Positions 10,760-20,591 are shown, counted from the first letter of the whole stretch. The stretch: 63,093 bases of DNA, filler included, from Alcyonidium flabelliforme (GCA_026167845.1; 32 parts of 32 records of this genome joined end to end with filler, not necessarily neighbours in it); one strand, 5' to 3'. The notes: generated from the letters alone by a model not told the origin. A program made the numbers and translations.

Positions 10760-12767
10760 ACTGTTTGGCTAAAGGTCCTTCATAAAGCATTTTACTAACA
10801 ACTACACGAATATGTTTACAAATTAAATCTGAAATTGGATTAAATTTGGGTAGACCATAAATACCTCGTCCAAAAAGTTTAGCACCTTGCCTAGGTAGTG
10901 AGTTATGAGCCAAACGTTCTTCGACTTTACGCCCTAAAATTTCAGTTGCTCTAGTTGCAACCTCACTATAGTGTAAAGGTCCTTCTGCTTGTTGGAGTAC
11001 TGTAAAAACAGCGCTCTCACCTGTTTTACCAAAAGCAACAAGCACTTTATCCTCTGTGCTAAATTGTAAAGTATCGCTAAATGTTTCCCACAGTATTGGT
11101 AAAAGCTCTGTTGCACCTTTACTTTCTAATTTTGCTTTAAATGTTAAATCTATGTCCTCACGAGTCCACTGCTGTTCATCAGCTTTAGTTTTTAATGACT
11201 TTCTAAAGCCACTAATGAGATTATCCCAATCATCTTGACTAATCCTAGAGATTACTACAGCACCATTTATAGTTAAGAGCTGAATTTGATTCTCTGAAAA
11301 AAGCTCAATAATAGCGGCTAAGTGTTGGTAATTTCCGATAAAACCTGAGAACCAATTGTCTTCAATTTCTAACATTTCTAGATATAAAGGTTGATCTCTA
11401 TCTATCAATAAATTACCAATTTTTATTGCAATACAGTCGTCCCAATATTCTGTATCAATAATTTTATTGATATTCTTTTTTTGTATTTGACGTATACGTT
11501 CTCGGCTAACATCTAATATTTTACCAACCTCTGCGAGTGTTTTTACTGGCTCTTTATAGCCAGTGCGGTATTCAAGAACAAGTCTTGCGTTTTCACTTAA
11601 CAATGCTAATGAATTTTCAAAATGTTGTTTAAGTGGAACTTGCTTAATATGCTCAAATGTATAATCACCCGATTGATTCTCATATTCTGAAATAGGTTGA
11701 TTTATAGTATTTGAAGGCTCCGTGGGGATGCGACTGTTTGTTGGTGGATTTGGTAGTTGAAAAGTTAATTTTTTAGCACTTGCTATTAATAGTTCACATA
11801 AATCCTTTGCTGATTTTTTCCCAAAATTAGGCCACTTCAACATATCCGTAAGTTTTATACCAATAGCATCTCTTAAACAAAAAATATCTTGAATACTAAA
11901 TACATTATTTGTTCTGACTGTTAAGCCTAATTGGCTAATATGTGCATTTAATATAGGTGCTGGTAGTATTGGTATAAGTTGGCTTGGATCCTCAAAATCT
12001 ATTAATTGCTTTAATTGTTCAAACCTAATTAAATCTAACTCACGACTTACTTGTTCTGTAAAATCGTGCCTTTTTGATAAATAAGTTTTGTCATCAAAAA
12101 CGAGCAACTTTAAACATTCATTTTCTAATTGTGGGTTTAGCTCTTGTAAGGATTTTAGCCATCCAGCAAATTCTTTTTTTGAACTTAACGCATAAAATAA
12201 GCCATTAGTGGTTTTACCAAATACTTTATTTAATGATGCATGGGTATATTCCGTGTTTTCACAATGCCTATTTAATTCAACATTTAAAACACTAATCGGC
12301 TTTTTAGCACCGAAATAAAATAAATTACGCTCTATAATATGACCGTAGATTTCCTCTTTAGACATAGATTGAGATGTTGCTTCCAACACCTCTAAAGCAG
12401 CAGAAGTAATAGTCTGCTATCCTTCAGCTTTATTGCATTTTTCCTGTATAGTATTTACTAATACAGGTAGATCATCTTCTACCTCAATATCGTAACCAAA
12501 ACCCGATAGCAATTGATAAAGAGGTAATTTACTTTTGTTTACGACTTTATTACTTGTTCGGTACTCTGCAGGTAAAGCCCACTTTACACTTGAAGATACA
12601 AGTATATTTTCTTTAAAGTGCTCAACTTCATCATAGCTAGGTACCTTTGGACGTATAAAGCCAATGTGTATAATACCGACTTTATTAGACGTTTTTTCAT
12701 TACTCCATAAAGTATAAATTGAATTAAGCTCTCGATGAACGGTCACATCAACAGGTTCATTATCATT
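10760..12767 (-). CDS. Large bacterial multidomain protein (unknown N-domain + HARE-HTH + RNAP alpha-CTD-like + sigma70 region 4 + winged HTH), partial, interrupted by an in-frame TAG at 12417-12419
   Basis: TITSAALEVL...MSKEEIY (HARE-HTH-like); LGLTVRTNNVF...WPNFGKKSAKD (alpha-CTD); KTLAEVGKILDVSRERIRQIQKK (sigma4); ORFs 12417-12746 and 10760-12389 share one frame. Confidence 0.75.
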
Positions 12768-12869
12768 NNNNNNNNNNNNNNNNNNNNNNNNNNNNNNNNN
12801 NNNNNNNNNNNTTAATTAATTAANNNNNNNNNNNNNNNNNNNNNNNNNNNNNNNNNNNNNNNNNNNNGC

Positions 12870-13535
12870 CCTGAGCTTTTAAGGCTGCTACATATGACGC
12901 CTTATAGCCGTACTGAGTTTGAATGGGCTAAAGAGTCAAGTTGCCGCAATCGTGACGGACACGGCAAGATTGAATCGGGGCATCCAGCAGTCATGGAGGC
13001 TCACAAGTTGTTAGTACGCGCACAAATGGGCTTTGGTAGTGCTGGTGCGACACGTGGTAATACTGGCTTTAGGTTAGATACAGCACGTAGCGGCACATCA
13101 TTGCAGTCACTTTGGTCAGACCTGCCAGCAAAGGTATTAGAGGTCACTGAGCGCTTACGCCAAGTGGTTATCGAAAATACCGATGCGTACAACGTGATTA
13201 AGCAGCACGACCGTAGCGACACGCTGTTCTATCTTGATCCTCCTCATACGCTGGACACGCGCACGAACAAGGACAGCTACGGCAAGTTTGAAATGCGTGA
13301 GTTTGAGCATAACCGACTACTCGATCTGACTCTAAAGTCAAAAGGTATGTTTGTGATTAGCGGTTATGACAATGAGCTTTATAACGACAAGCTTGCTGGC
13401 TGGACTAAATCATCAAGACAGACAGCTATCAGTAGTCATAACGGTAGCGGCAAGCGTACTGAAGTGCTTTGGATATCACCTAATTGCGAGCAACAACAGA
13501 CAGACCTTTTTGACTTTGAGGAGATAAGCGCGTGA
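12870..13535 (+). CDS. Phage DNA adenine methyltransferase (Dam/D12 class), 5'-partial
   Basis: VVIENTDA, LFYLDPPH (motif IV variant), VISGY, RTEVLW. Confidence 0.88.
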   Translation, partial: PELLRLLHMTPYSRTEFEWAKESSCRNRDGHGKIESGHPAVMEAHKLLVRAQMGFGSAGATRGNTGFRLDTARSGTSLQSLWSDLPAKVLEVTERLRQVVIENTDAYNVIKQHDRSDTLFYLDPPHTLDTRTNKDSYGKFEMREFEHNRLLDLTLKSKGMFVISGYDNELYNDKLAGWTKSSRQTAISSHNGSGKRTEVLWISPNCEQQQTDLFDFEEISA

Positions 13536-13750
13536 GTGAAGATAAGAAATACACAATCGACGAGCTATACAACGCCACAGATGAGCAGTTGGCAGGTTTC
13601 TTCAGGGATGGCATCAAGCAGTATTTTATAGCTATGAATGATGACTACGAAGGCTCGCACATGGGCTTTTCTAACGTGACAGATGCAAACATTGTGATTG
13701 AGATTAAACCAGCTAGACCGTACGAGAAATGGGTTAAGCGGACACCATGA
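13532..13750 (+). CDS. Phage hypothetical protein
   Basis: GTGA overlap with the upstream gene, GAGGAG RBS. Confidence 0.7.
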   Translation: MSEDKKYTIDELYNATDEQLAGFFRDGIKQYFIAMNDDYEGSHMGFSNVTDANIVIEIKPARPYEKWVKRTP

Positions 13751-14052
13751 AAAAATCCCCAGCCAACTATACACCAGGCGAGACCGAGTACGCAGCACGT
13801 AAGCAAGCGGTCAAGGATGGCAAGCCGAACGCTTACACGTACTTCAAGAACATAGCGGTGACGCTGGCAGGTGATTTAGTTGTTGGATTGTCGTACAGCA
13901 ATGATTGGGAGCGTTACTCATGTAGCGCTATCAAGATTGATGGAGTTCGTTATAACGATCCGTACAGATGGGACAAGTTTGGGAAGGCGCTAGAAGGCGA
14001 TGTAAGCGATTTAAGGTTAGAGTCGGTGCAAGTGGGTGTAAGAACTATTTGA
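13747..14052 (+). CDS. Phage hypothetical protein
   Basis: ATGA overlap, operon context. Confidence 0.7.
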   Translation: MKKSPANYTPGETEYAARKQAVKDGKPNAYTYFKNIAVTLAGDLVVGLSYSNDWERYSCSAIKIDGVRYNDPYRWDKFGKALEGDVSDLRLESVQVGVRTI

Positions 14053-14075
14053 AACAAACGTAGGGGTGAAACTGA

Positions 14076-14600
14076 ATGATTTTGATAGGGATAGACACAG
14101 GGGTGAGCACTGGTTTTGCGTGGAGCATCAACGGTAAGTTTCAAAGTATCGATACTGAGTCAATTTTGAGCGCTCAGGAGCGAGTATTAAATATCACTGG
14201 TGATGTTGGTCATGCTGGCATGGACGTTATCGTCTGCATTGAGGACGTGAGACTACGTAAATGGGTGCCAAAGGGTGTTGGTAACGAGCGTATGCAAGGG
14301 GTTGGCTCAGTGAAGCGTGATTGTAGTATCTGGCAGGAGTTCTGCGAGCGTAACGGCATACAGCATATATTCGTGGCACCCAAGGCGATACAGACCAAGC
14401 TTAGCGAAAAAGACTTTCATATGATTACTCGGTGGCCATACAAAACGTCTGGGCACGCACGTGACGCTGCAATGATGGTAGACAAGGTTTATCGATTGCT
14501 AAGGCGTAAAAATATCAACATGCCAGCTAAGTTTGAGCCAAAAATTAAGAAACCGCGCAAGCCAGCGCTATATAAATCTAAAAAGGAGAAGGCGTTGTGA
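14076..14600 (+). CDS. RuvC-like (RNase H fold) Holliday junction resolvase/nuclease
   Basis: IGIDTG, VCIED and HARDAA motifs; basic tail. Confidence 0.75.
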   Translation: MILIGIDTGVSTGFAWSINGKFQSIDTESILSAQERVLNITGDVGHAGMDVIVCIEDVRLRKWVPKGVGNERMQGVGSVKRDCSIWQEFCERNGIQHIFVAPKAIQTKLSEKDFHMITRWPYKTSGHARDAAMMVDKVYRLLRRKNINMPAKFEPKIKKPRKPALYKSKKEKAL

Positions 14601-14782
14601 GTGATGTTATTGAAAAATCTGTGGTAATTGACTTACTAGAAGTGCAATCTTGGTTAACTGGGTGGGGTGATTTTTGCAATCGTGAGACAGTAGGTGGCCA
14701 TTTAGGATATCAATCACCGTGTGCGATCATCATGCGTGATAATGTCGAGCAGCAAAGCGCAAGTATTCGTACGGTGCTGTGA
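14597..14782 (+). CDS. Probable antiterminator Q-like N-terminus (premature TGA or truncated)
   Basis: LTGWGDF motif; position after the resolvase as in lambdoid nin-Q regions. Confidence 0.45.
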   Translation: MSDVIEKSVVIDLLEVQSWLTGWGDFCNRETVGGHLGYQSPCAIIMRDNVEQQSASIRTVL

Positions 14783-16271
14783 GATATGGACGATCAAGCG
14801 TACTACACAAGAATCAACCGCGGTTAGGTAGANNNNNNNNNNNNNNNNNNNNNNNNNNNNNNNNNNNNNNNNNNNNTTAATTAATTAANNNNNNNNNNNN
14901 NNNNNNNNNNNNNNNNNNNNNNNNNNNNNNNNATTTAATTACTGTATACAACAAACCTCACTCTAATCATTGTTTTGTTAGGACTGTAAAAAACTATTAC
15001 TGTATGGTACTCAAATCTCTGCTGATGAAATGGTAAAGTCAATCGGCAAATTCAAATTTATAAAACAATGATATCATATCACTTTAAATATAAATGAATC
15101 ACTGACATATTTAAAATAGTCACCACAAAGCAGGTAGCATCACAAATTTGCTGGGAAAATGTGTATTTGGTTTTGTAATGGAAAGCGTATGCCGTGAGTA
15201 TTGTTATGGATGCACATTCTCATTTGCTTGATTGCTTGGGCCAGGTCATGCCTTCTCTACTGTACCTAGTGGAGATGCCTAAGCTACCCCTAGATGAACA
15301 GACAACTACTACATGTAATAGGAGTACCTTACTATGCTGGATATATGCTGGAAGCCACCTCATATGTACAGCCAAGCTCCTATTACTATACCAAGATCCT
15401 AGTTGCCTGTAGCTCAAGACATACAGATATCCAAACCGTATACCATGCAATGACACTAACACTTATCAGCTTACACTCGGCTATATGCATTGCTTTGATA
15501 TCTGTATACATGTACACAGTAGTATTACAGAACAATTAACTATAAAGCTAAACCTTGCTACCCTTGTCTGTATTACATGTGACATCCAGTCTTGTTGATG
15601 CCGCTGGAGAGATAACACCTGCTTAAATGATACATATACATTATTCTTGTTATCTACTCACCTTCTTCTGCCATTGTTGTATTCTTAAAGGGGAAATAAA
15701 TCTACTACCCAGATTGCCTTCCCCGCCAAAGATAGTCTTGTTTCTTGTCTAGCCATTATTGCTTCAGAACCATTATTGCTTCGATCCATTAATGCTACAA
15801 GTTTATAGGTGCAACTTTGAGAACAGTACAATCGGTAGTGGGACAGCATACGTCCATTACATTGGTGAGCAGCAGTGCGGATTTGGTAAGCCTTGTATTT
15901 CATATTATTTGTTAGTAATTTCTGTGCAAGCATTGTTACTGTCTTGTCGTATGTTTTACCTTGCTTTTCCTTTCTCACTGTACATTTTACTGTTGTAGCC
16001 TATAAGTGGTATCTGTGTTTACAAGTTCTTGCATACATATTGGCGTACACGTTTAAAGGGCACGGCACGTACGTCATTTAATGTTCCCTTGTATCACACT
16101 TACAGTGCAACGAGCCTACCCGCCAACTTTCTAACCACCACCTCTGTTTATAAGTTGCCTGCATTGCGAACTGCTGGCCAGTGGCTTTGCGTTCTTATTC
16201 AAACAACAGATCCGGAGTTAGTTTAGTTGATTGGGATACCCTCGCACGAACACCACTCCCAAGACTCAAAC

Positions 16272-16879
16272 ATGGCCGGCACTCCCGACAGCACGTCGTG
16301 GAGTCGAGTACTTTCTGGGCGTCGACGAGCTCTGCTTGGGTTGACCAGCATCTCAAAAGCAACCAGTTACTCGCCTATTGCAGGTAATGCACTACCTGTA
16401 GTGGGGCTGAGAAGCGGCACCGACTTGTCACCCGCACCCAGCAGTCGGACTAGGGAGATAGCTAGTTCGATGGGGACAAGGTCGAGGGGACAGTCTATCT
16501 CAGGCCTGCGACAGACAGATGTGGACTCTCACAGTATGTCCTTGGACAGTACTCTTCACATGCTGCCTACTCTGTCGGCAGAGCACCTGGGGGTGGTAGA
16601 GGAACCCGTTCCTTCTCTTCCAGACCACCAATACATGGCATCCTACACGCCAGTACCCAGGCCCAGGAGACAACTCAATGTCGATATGTTGCAGACTGTG
16701 TCAGAGCCTGATGCACTCCTGCGAGCACACACTCCTGATGCCGACGGTAGGGTAGACCGTCGAGGTGCGTTAGACATGCGGCTGCTTAGCTTAGCAGGGG
16801 AGAGAGCCAGTCGACAGTCGGCCGAGGGCCCGTCGACAGCCAAGTCTGCTCGACCTCGAGCCAGCCACCAAGCGCTATT
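16272..16879 (+). CDS. Low-complexity S/R/P-rich ORF, possibly a retroelement gag-like N-terminus (partial)
   Basis: Open frame of about 200 codons in eukaryotic DNA; shares SSRTRE(I/M)AS and 23/24 nt with ORF 51467-52000. Confidence 0.3.
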
Positions 16880-17005
16880 NNNNNNNNNNNNNNNNNNNNN
16901 NNNNNNNNNNNNNNNNNNNNNNNTTAATTAATTAANNNNNNNNNNNNNNNNNNNNNNNNNNNNNNNNNNNNNNNNNNNNTTGCTCAGACCATTTATTTGA
17001 TTATG

Positions 17006-17794
17006 TTAAAGCTGACCGTCATAGAATGGTGCGAACGGAATATCATCATCTACTGGACCAGGTGGCATGGTTGACCGCGGTTGGGTGTTAGGTGTCCCAT
17101 TATTTTGATAACTGTTATGCTGCATTGGGGCTGGCGTACGTTGGTAACTAGTACCGCCATGTGAAGGTTGACCCACTTGATTGTTATAACCACCGTTGCC
17201 GCCTTTGTTTTTCAATTCGTCATCAACTTTTTTCTCAGAGTTAGCGGAGTAGGTCATCATGCGTTCTTTCTGTACTTCAATCTGCTGAGGTGCTGCTTGG
17301 TCCTTTTGCTCTTGTAGCGACTGACGCTTTTGGTTGAAGGCTGCAAACAACTGTGTCTTGGCTTTCTTTTCACCGTTGTAGGTTTCAAACTCATTGATAA
17401 ATAAGCCAGTAAAATACTTACCCATTAGCTCGTTAGCCACCGTCATTTGAGTTGGTACGTTTCTACCAGCATTGGTATCCCACTTATCAATATTGGCGGC
17501 AGTTGGCGTAAGCGTGTTGACGCCAGTCACAGCCATGATGCTTTGCAATTGGTTATAAAAACCTTCTACATAGCTACCGTCTTGCTTCAAGAACCACAAA
17601 GTGAAGTAACCTTTTTGACCGTCTTTATTAAACACATCGAAAGCCATGCCAGTGGTACCAGTGTTGGGCGATACCACAAACTCAGCACGACCAATCTTTA
17701 CAAGCTGCTCGCTATTACCATCAAAGAAAGCACCGCCATTAGTGTTGGCCTTAAGTGCTGCTGTTTCGTTTAGCTGGATAGTTGGGAAGTTCAT
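17006..17794 (-). CDS. Phage ssDNA-binding-like protein
   Basis: Globular N-domain, G/Q/N/P-rich linker, acidic DDDIPF tail; follows a Sak4-like ATPase. Confidence 0.7.
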   Translation of the reverse strand: MNFPTIQLNETAALKANTNGGAFFDGNSEQLVKIGRAEFVVSPNTGTTGMAFDVFNKDGQKGYFTLWFLKQDGSYVEGFYNQLQSIMAVTGVNTLTPTAANIDKWDTNAGRNVPTQMTVANELMGKYFTGLFINEFETYNGEKKAKTQLFAAFNQKRQSLQEQKDQAAPQQIEVQKERMMTYSANSEKKVDDELKNKGGNGGYNNQVGQPSHGGTSYQRTPAPMQHNSYQNNGTPNTQPRSTMPPGPVDDDIPFAPFYDGQL

Positions 17795-17808
17795 AAGTTA
17801 ATCCTTAA

Positions 17809-18468
17809 TTAAATAGTTTCAGCTTGTTGGCTTGGGTCTTTGATTAATCCGTAGTAGTCGCATATCGCGTCATCTACAGCATTTAAGTCATTCGGTATTA
17901 ATTCATTGCTAAACATTTCATGAGGCGTTTTAACGGTCGTTGTGCCATCATTCTTGGTCATGAGGTGATGCTCACCATTGCGGATAGCTGTTTGAAGTAC
18001 GATAGTCACCATGCCTTCCAATACAATCTTTTCATCAAGCATCTTGCCCATCGTTTTAATCTTGGTTTTACCTTCCACCTCTTCGATGTGCGATAAAATA
18101 TAGATACGCTGATTGGGATCAGTCTGATTAATTGCTGTATTTAAAATATTCCAAGCGTTTTGGCCAATTCGGTTAAAGCGTTGAAATACTGAGTTACCAC
18201 CGCCTTCATCAGTTACGCCACGCATAAACTCATTAGCCATGACATACTGAAAATCATCAATGATCACGATAGGTGCTCTAAACGTAGGCAGACGATCGTT
18301 GATCTCGTAAGCGTTATCAGTGTTCAATTTTCTAAAGTCTCTACCAGCACGAAAGGGTAGAGGTTTGCCCATCACATTGATCACACCGCACAACCTTGGA
18401 TCTAAGTTATGCATGCTGTATGACTTACCAGAGCCGCTATTACCTAAAACTAAAGTCACGATAGCCAT
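17809..18468 (-). CDS. Phage AAA/P-loop ATPase, Sak4-like recombinase
   Basis: Walker A GNSGSGKS, Walker B IIDDFQY, ILSH, KTMGKMLDEK. Confidence 0.8.
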   Translation of the reverse strand: MAIVTLVLGNSGSGKSYSMHNLDPRLCGVINVMGKPLPFRAGRDFRKLNTDNAYEINDRLPTFRAPIVIIDDFQYVMANEFMRGVTDEGGGNSVFQRFNRIGQNAWNILNTAINQTDPNQRIYILSHIEEVEGKTKIKTMGKMLDEKIVLEGMVTIVLQTAIRNGEHHLMTKNDGTTTVKTPHEMFSNELIPNDLNAVDDAICDYYGLIKDPSQQAETI

Positions 18469-18686
18469 TACTTGATACCTCCTAACTTGCCGCTACCTGA
18501 GAGCTTGCCACTGTAAATTGCATCAAGCTCTGCATCAGTAGGATCAAAAAATATGATAGATTTTTGGCCATGGTTGTAAGTTGGTACTGGCTTGGTTTGA
18601 AGATCGCTTGCCCTGATTGGTACAAGTGACTGAGTGCCAAATTTTGCGAGTATCGCCATCGCTGTTCTGTGTCTGAGAGTATTCAT
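18468..18686 (-). CDS. Phage hypothetical protein
   Basis: AAGGAG RBS; overlaps both neighbours. Confidence 0.65.
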   Translation of the reverse strand: MNTLRHRTAMAILAKFGTQSLVPIRASDLQTKPVPTYNHGQKSIIFFDPTDAELDAIYSGKLSGSGKLGGIK

Positions 18687-18916
18687 GCTCGGCTCCTTTG
18701 CAGTTCACGATGATCGTAACGAGACTTACCAAATGCTTTACGATCATTTTGGTTTGCTGCCCAGGACATGCCGCCGATTGGTCTACTGTTTCTGCCAGCC
18801 ATGTATTTTTTCTTAGCAACATCAAACTGTTTTTGTAGGCGCTTGGCTATGTATGGTTCGTCAGCTAAATTAAGACTCAGGATACGTAGTGGGTCTCCAA
18901 TTAAGCGATATTCAAC
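18683..18916 (-). CDS. Phage hypothetical protein (5'-partial; frame not in the ORF track)
   Basis: Open frame VEYRLIGDPL...RELQRSRA* ending in an ATGA overlap with the next gene. Confidence 0.6.
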   Translation of the reverse strand, partial: VEYRLIGDPLRILSLNLADEPYIAKRLQKQFDVAKKKYMAGRNSRPIGGMSWAANQNDRKAFGKSRYDHRELQRSRA

Positions 18917-19016
18917 NNNNNNNNNNNNNNNNNNNNNNNNNNNNNNNNNNNNNNNNNNNNTTAATTAATTAANNNNNNNNNNNNNNNNNNNNNNNNNNNN
19001 NNNNNNNNNNNNNNNN

Positions 19017-19214
19017 ACTCCCCAGCTCAATAACGGCGGTATCTGCCGAAAAGTTGGCCGACACAAATCCAGCCGAGCAATCTATATTTTTAATCTTTTC
19101 TAGTACGTGCGAATGGCGTTTACCAAAAGCTTCAGCGATCTTTAAAGAGGTAGTAACAAGCTTTGTATCTGTTGCAGTAATTGCGTTTGTAGGTAATATT
19201 TGAATGCTAGTCAT
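19017..19214 (-). CDS. rha: Rha-family phage regulatory protein (N-terminal part)
   Basis: VTTSLKIAEAFGKRHSHVLEKIKNIDCS...ANF Rha signature. Confidence 0.85.
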
Positions 19215-19267
19215 TTTATGACTCCAAGTAACTGATTGTTTACGCCACTCAAAAGTCTCAGATTGGG

Positions 19268-19343
19268 TGGCAAGCTAAAGCAAGGATGAGACTACCGCGT
19301 TACTTGAAAACGGTCCGCATAAGCGGCCTTGCCCAGCTTGCCA
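19268..19343 (-). ncRNA. C4-type antisense RNA (P1/P7 c4, P4 CI-like)
   Basis: Closing stem UGGCAAGCU/AGCUUGCCA, inner GCAAGG/CCUUGC, two hairpins; loop CAAGUAAC and bulge AGUCUCA are complementary to targets both upstream and downstream. Confidence 0.85.
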
Positions 19344-19374
19344 TAAGATATGGGGTTGCTAAACAGCAGGCATT

Positions 19375-19397
19375 AAAAAACCAGCGTAAAAGCTGGT
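19375..19397 (-). terminator. Intrinsic terminator/attenuator in the c4 leader
   Basis: ACCAGC-TTTTAC-GCTGGT followed by a T-run on the minus strand. Confidence 0.7.
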
Positions 19398-19459
19398 GAC
19401 AATGCACCAAGTAACAGCGGGGTCTCACTCCCGACACTGGATTTTGCCAGTGCCTTTTT

Positions 19460-19489
19460 AATATACCGCTGAAAAAGGGTGTTTGTCAA
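19460..19489 (-). promoter_or_regulatory. sigma70 promoter of the c4-rha unit
   Basis: TTGACA-18 nt-TATATT on the minus strand, just upstream of the leader hairpin CACTGG-CAAAAT-CCAGTG. Confidence 0.7.
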
Positions 19490-19513
19490 TTTTGTTTTAT
19501 TGCTCCTTATAAT

Positions 19514-19813
19514 CTAATTGTTTGTAAATGTATCAAACCATTCTAAATTGCTTTTATGGCAGTCGCGTTTAAACATATCTTTAACGGTATTAAATACAAA
19601 TGATATGCTTACCTGAAATTCATCCGCTGATAAATAAGTACACCCCCTAACGCTTACACAAATTCCATCGGGTTTATTTTTAACTACAGCGTGATCAATA
19701 AATACATGTTCATCATCACGAAAGGAATAATTTAAGCGGCAAGGTACATCAAAGCCATGCTTGCACACTAAATCATAAAGGCGATCATAGTCCTTACTTG
19801 TAACTTGTTGCAT
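19514..19813 (-). CDS. Phage hypothetical protein
   Basis: 99-aa ORF in the operon. Confidence 0.65.
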   Translation of the reverse strand: MQQVTSKDYDRLYDLVCKHGFDVPCRLNYSFRDDEHVFIDHAVVKNKPDGICVSVRGCTYLSADEFQVSISFVFNTVKDMFKRDCHKSNLEWFDTFTNN

Positions 19814-19820
19814 ACTTTAA

Positions 19821-20087
19821 TTAATCCTTATAAAAATCATCAAGCGCTTGCTTGTAACTGGCTGCCAGTTCTTGCGCGGCGGTGTCGTCGCTTTCGCTGA
19901 TTGACTCGAACGCATCAGATGCATTTTGCAAAATAAAGGTATTGTTTGTATTAACCGCATTAAATACCGCTATTGGATCAACCGCTTTGCTAGATTCGCC
20001 CAGTTCGCTAAGTGCATGACGCGCTGCAGAGCCTAAATTTTTATGCGCTGCAATTTTTTGGGTTAGGGTGTTTACTGAAAAGTACAT
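19821..20087 (-). CDS. Phage hypothetical protein
   Basis: 88-aa ORF with GAGG RBS. Confidence 0.65.
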   Translation of the reverse strand: MYFSVNTLTQKIAAHKNLGSAARHALSELGESSKAVDPIAVFNAVNTNNTFILQNASDAFESISESDDTAAQELAASYKQALDDFYKD

Positions 20088-20125
20088 AAAACCTCGATTG
20101 GGGGCGCGTGGCCCCCAGTGTTTAA

Positions 20126-20404
20126 TTATTTAATTTCTTCGGTGTGTTCAATATTAAAAACGTATAAGGCTTTAAGCACTTTTTTGGTATCTTCAACACC
20201 TGATTTAGTAGTGATTTTTTTATCACATACCATAAATATTTTACAGCCTTTTGCGCCTTTAGATACTTTGCGGCCCGCCTCGCTCCACTGCTTAAAACCT
20301 GCCCATGCATCGCTTGTTAGGTTGTAAGCCTCTTTGTGTTCTTCAAGGTTAGTTTGATTGTTAACAGAGTAAACCGACTGAGTGATTGTATTGAAGTTTT
20401 GCAT
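20126..20404 (-). CDS. Stand-alone ArdC-like N-terminal ssDNA-binding domain (anti-restriction-like)
   Basis: YSVNNQ...WAGFKQWSEAGRKVSKGAKGCKI...YVFN fits the ArdC/DUF1738 N-domain pattern; AAGGTG RBS. Confidence 0.75.
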   Translation of the reverse strand: MQNFNTITQSVYSVNNQTNLEEHKEAYNLTSDAWAGFKQWSEAGRKVSKGAKGCKIFMVCDKKITTKSGVEDTKKVLKALYVFNIEHTEEIK

Positions 20405-20591
20405 TTTAACACCTTACTGTATGGTTTGAGCCAATCCCAAACCGCAAAGCCAGTATAGGGCTTTATTATTACCGTGTAAACATGATTTGTGTTAAAAACA
20501 CAAAATAAATATTTAATTAATATTAAAAAGATATTTAATAAATACTTTTTGTATTGCTTGTTAAGTTAAGCTTAATTTTAACACTAATAAG

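Noticed and set aside
14780..14782. TGA-as-Trp recoding in the phage
   Set aside because: Neighbouring genes use TGA as true stops with ATGA/GTGA overlaps; the site is near a contig end
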